Assembly: GCA_963838925.1 (NCBI GenBank)
Contig: CAWISW010000002.1
Location: 352,001-416,000 of the forward strand
Direction of reading: 5' to 3'
Source: an uncultured Nitrososphaerota archaeon
Lineage (GTDB): Archaea > Thermoproteota > Nitrososphaeria > Nitrososphaerales > Gagatemarchaeaceae
Length of the DNA: 64,000 nucleotides
Each line of letters begins with the position of its first letter. Position 1 is the stretch's first letter. This document shows positions 62,827-64,000 of this stretch, one piece after another. A model generated the notes under the pieces. It saw only the letters and a list, made by a program, of their open reading frames with translations, was not told the DNA's origin and made no database searches. A program made the translations under genes and the position numbers.

Positions 62827-63669
62827 GTGAGGCCCGCACGGGCTTCAAGCATGTTCTACGGGACCGTGCGGCCGACTGCCGCAGGCAAGGTCACTCTGAT
62901 CGCCATGACGGCCGCCCTCTACGCCGTGGCCAAGGGGCTGACCGCTTTCATCCCGACGCCCTTCGGCGTGGGCCAGTTCCTCCTCTTCATTTTCGTCCCC
63001 GCGTTCTTCGCGATAGTCGGGGACACGCTCTCTGCCGCGGTGGGAGCAGCAATAGGGACGTTCCTCGGCGACGTGATCTTCCTCACGCCCTTGGGCCAGA
63101 CCAACCCCGCGCTCTCGCTCGTCTCGGGAGTGCCCGCGAACTTCGTCGCATTCCTCCTCTTCGGCTACCTCGTGAAGAGGTACAAGTCGTGGCCGGCGTT
63201 CATCTCTAGCACCGTCCTATGCATCACCCTCGGGAACCTCATCGCCGGGGCGCTCGTCGTCGGTTTCGCCGCCCAGGTCTTCCTTCCCGCCTTCGCCAGC
63301 GTCACCGCAAAGTACGGCGTGGTCACCCTGGTGCTCGGGTACACGCTCTTCTGGACGGGGACGATGGTCCCCGCGGTGGTCATCGCCGTCCCGCTCCTGC
63401 TCAGGGCCCTCAGGCCGCTGGTGGGGCGCTCGAGCATCCTCGCCTACTATCCGGAGTGGTCAGACTACGAGGTGGGCCGCCTGCTTCCCGCCTCGCTGGC
63501 CTACGCCGTCGGGTTCATCGTGATTGGTGTCGGGTTCTTCGTGCTCCAGTTCAACGTCCTGCAGGGCTGGTCGGTGATAGGAAGCTGGATCCTGGTCGCC
63601 GGAGTCGTCCTTGCTATAGTCGGTCCGGCCGTGGGCCTGTTAGCCGGGACAAAGCGGTCGAGCTACTAG
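62827..63669 (+). CDS. ECF S-component-like transporter upstream of pantoate kinase
   Basis: MTAALYA, AVGAAIGTFLGD, about 8 TM; abuts the pantoate kinase start. Confidence 0.75.
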   Translation: MRPARASSMFYGTVRPTAAGKVTLIAMTAALYAVAKGLTAFIPTPFGVGQFLLFIFVPAFFAIVGDTLSAAVGAAIGTFLGDVIFLTPLGQTNPALSLVSGVPANFVAFLLFGYLVKRYKSWPAFISSTVLCITLGNLIAGALVVGFAAQVFLPAFASVTAKYGVVTLVLGYTLFWTGTMVPAVVIAVPLLLRALRPLVGRSSILAYYPEWSDYEVGRLLPASLAYAVGFIVIGVGFFVLQFNVLQGWSVIGSWILVAGVVLAIVGPAVGLLAGTKRSSY

Positions 63670-64000
63670 ATGCAGCCCCGGACCGCACTCGCGTTCGCCC
63701 CGGCTGTCATCTCGAACTTCTTCGTGGTCCACAACGAGGGGCTCTCGCTGAACCCCCCAGACCTCTCCAAGGTGGGCGCGACGGGCGGGGGGTTCACGCT
63801 ATCGAAGGGGGTGTACACCAACGCCTGGGTCGTCCCCAGCGCCTTTCGAGCGGTTTCAGTGGCCGTCAACGGCGACGCGAGCTACCCCGCAGAGACGACG
63901 ACCAAGGCCGTCGAGCTCCTCCTCGAGAGCGTCAGACACCCGCCGGTGCTGGTGGAGCTCGTCCAGACCGTCGAGGTCCCCATAGGCGCCGGATTCGGGA
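63670..64000 (+). CDS. Pantoate kinase (GHMP family), cut off by the window end
   Basis: AFAPAVISNFF, GATGGGFTLSKGV.T, VPIGAGFG. Confidence 0.85.
   Translation, partial: MQPRTALAFAPAVISNFFVVHNEGLSLNPPDLSKVGATGGGFTLSKGVYTNAWVVPSAFRAVSVAVNGDASYPAETTTKAVELLLESVRHPPVLVELVQTVEVPIGAGFG

Overview
This is a gene-dense, GC-rich archaeal chromosome segment. Archaeal-type MAT, RadA, RIO2, an Sm protein, pantoate kinase, BHB tRNA introns and TATA promoters point to a TACK archaeon, most likely a non-ammonia-oxidising Nitrososphaerota; the taxonomy is inferred. The window holds: (i) the 3' part of a tRNA-Tyr with two introns, heme O/A synthesis genes and housekeeping genes (asnS, radA, ino1, pyrF, uppS, rqc2, mat, rio2, pyrG); (ii) an acyl-CoA catabolic region (17-35 kb) with an Ltp3/Ltp4-like Cys-less thiolase-fold pair, two DUF35 proteins, acetoacetate-CoA ligase, ACAD, ETF and a FadF-like oxidoreductase; (iii) a ThiR/ECF locus; (iv) a respiratory island (47.4-58.3 kb), the best candidate for an undescribed system. 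The island encodes a VapB/RHH-ferredoxin fusion, two Ig-cupredoxin proteins, a SoxL-like Rieske protein, a cytochrome b whose fourth heme His is replaced by Lys, and two paralogous Ig-repeat membrane proteins. Three of its promoters share a TTYTCA-N4-TGARAA palindrome at identical spacing from the TATA box. (v) A complete 2.8-kb IS6-like cargo transposon has perfect 22-bp TIRs, a 9-bp TSD, its own RHH gene, a double operator and small membrane-protein passengers. Putative eL22 and EMC6/OPTI-like homologues are also present. Three frameshifts (ctaA, radA, one cargo gene) are most likely assembly indels. All protein assignments come from motif recognition, not database searches.
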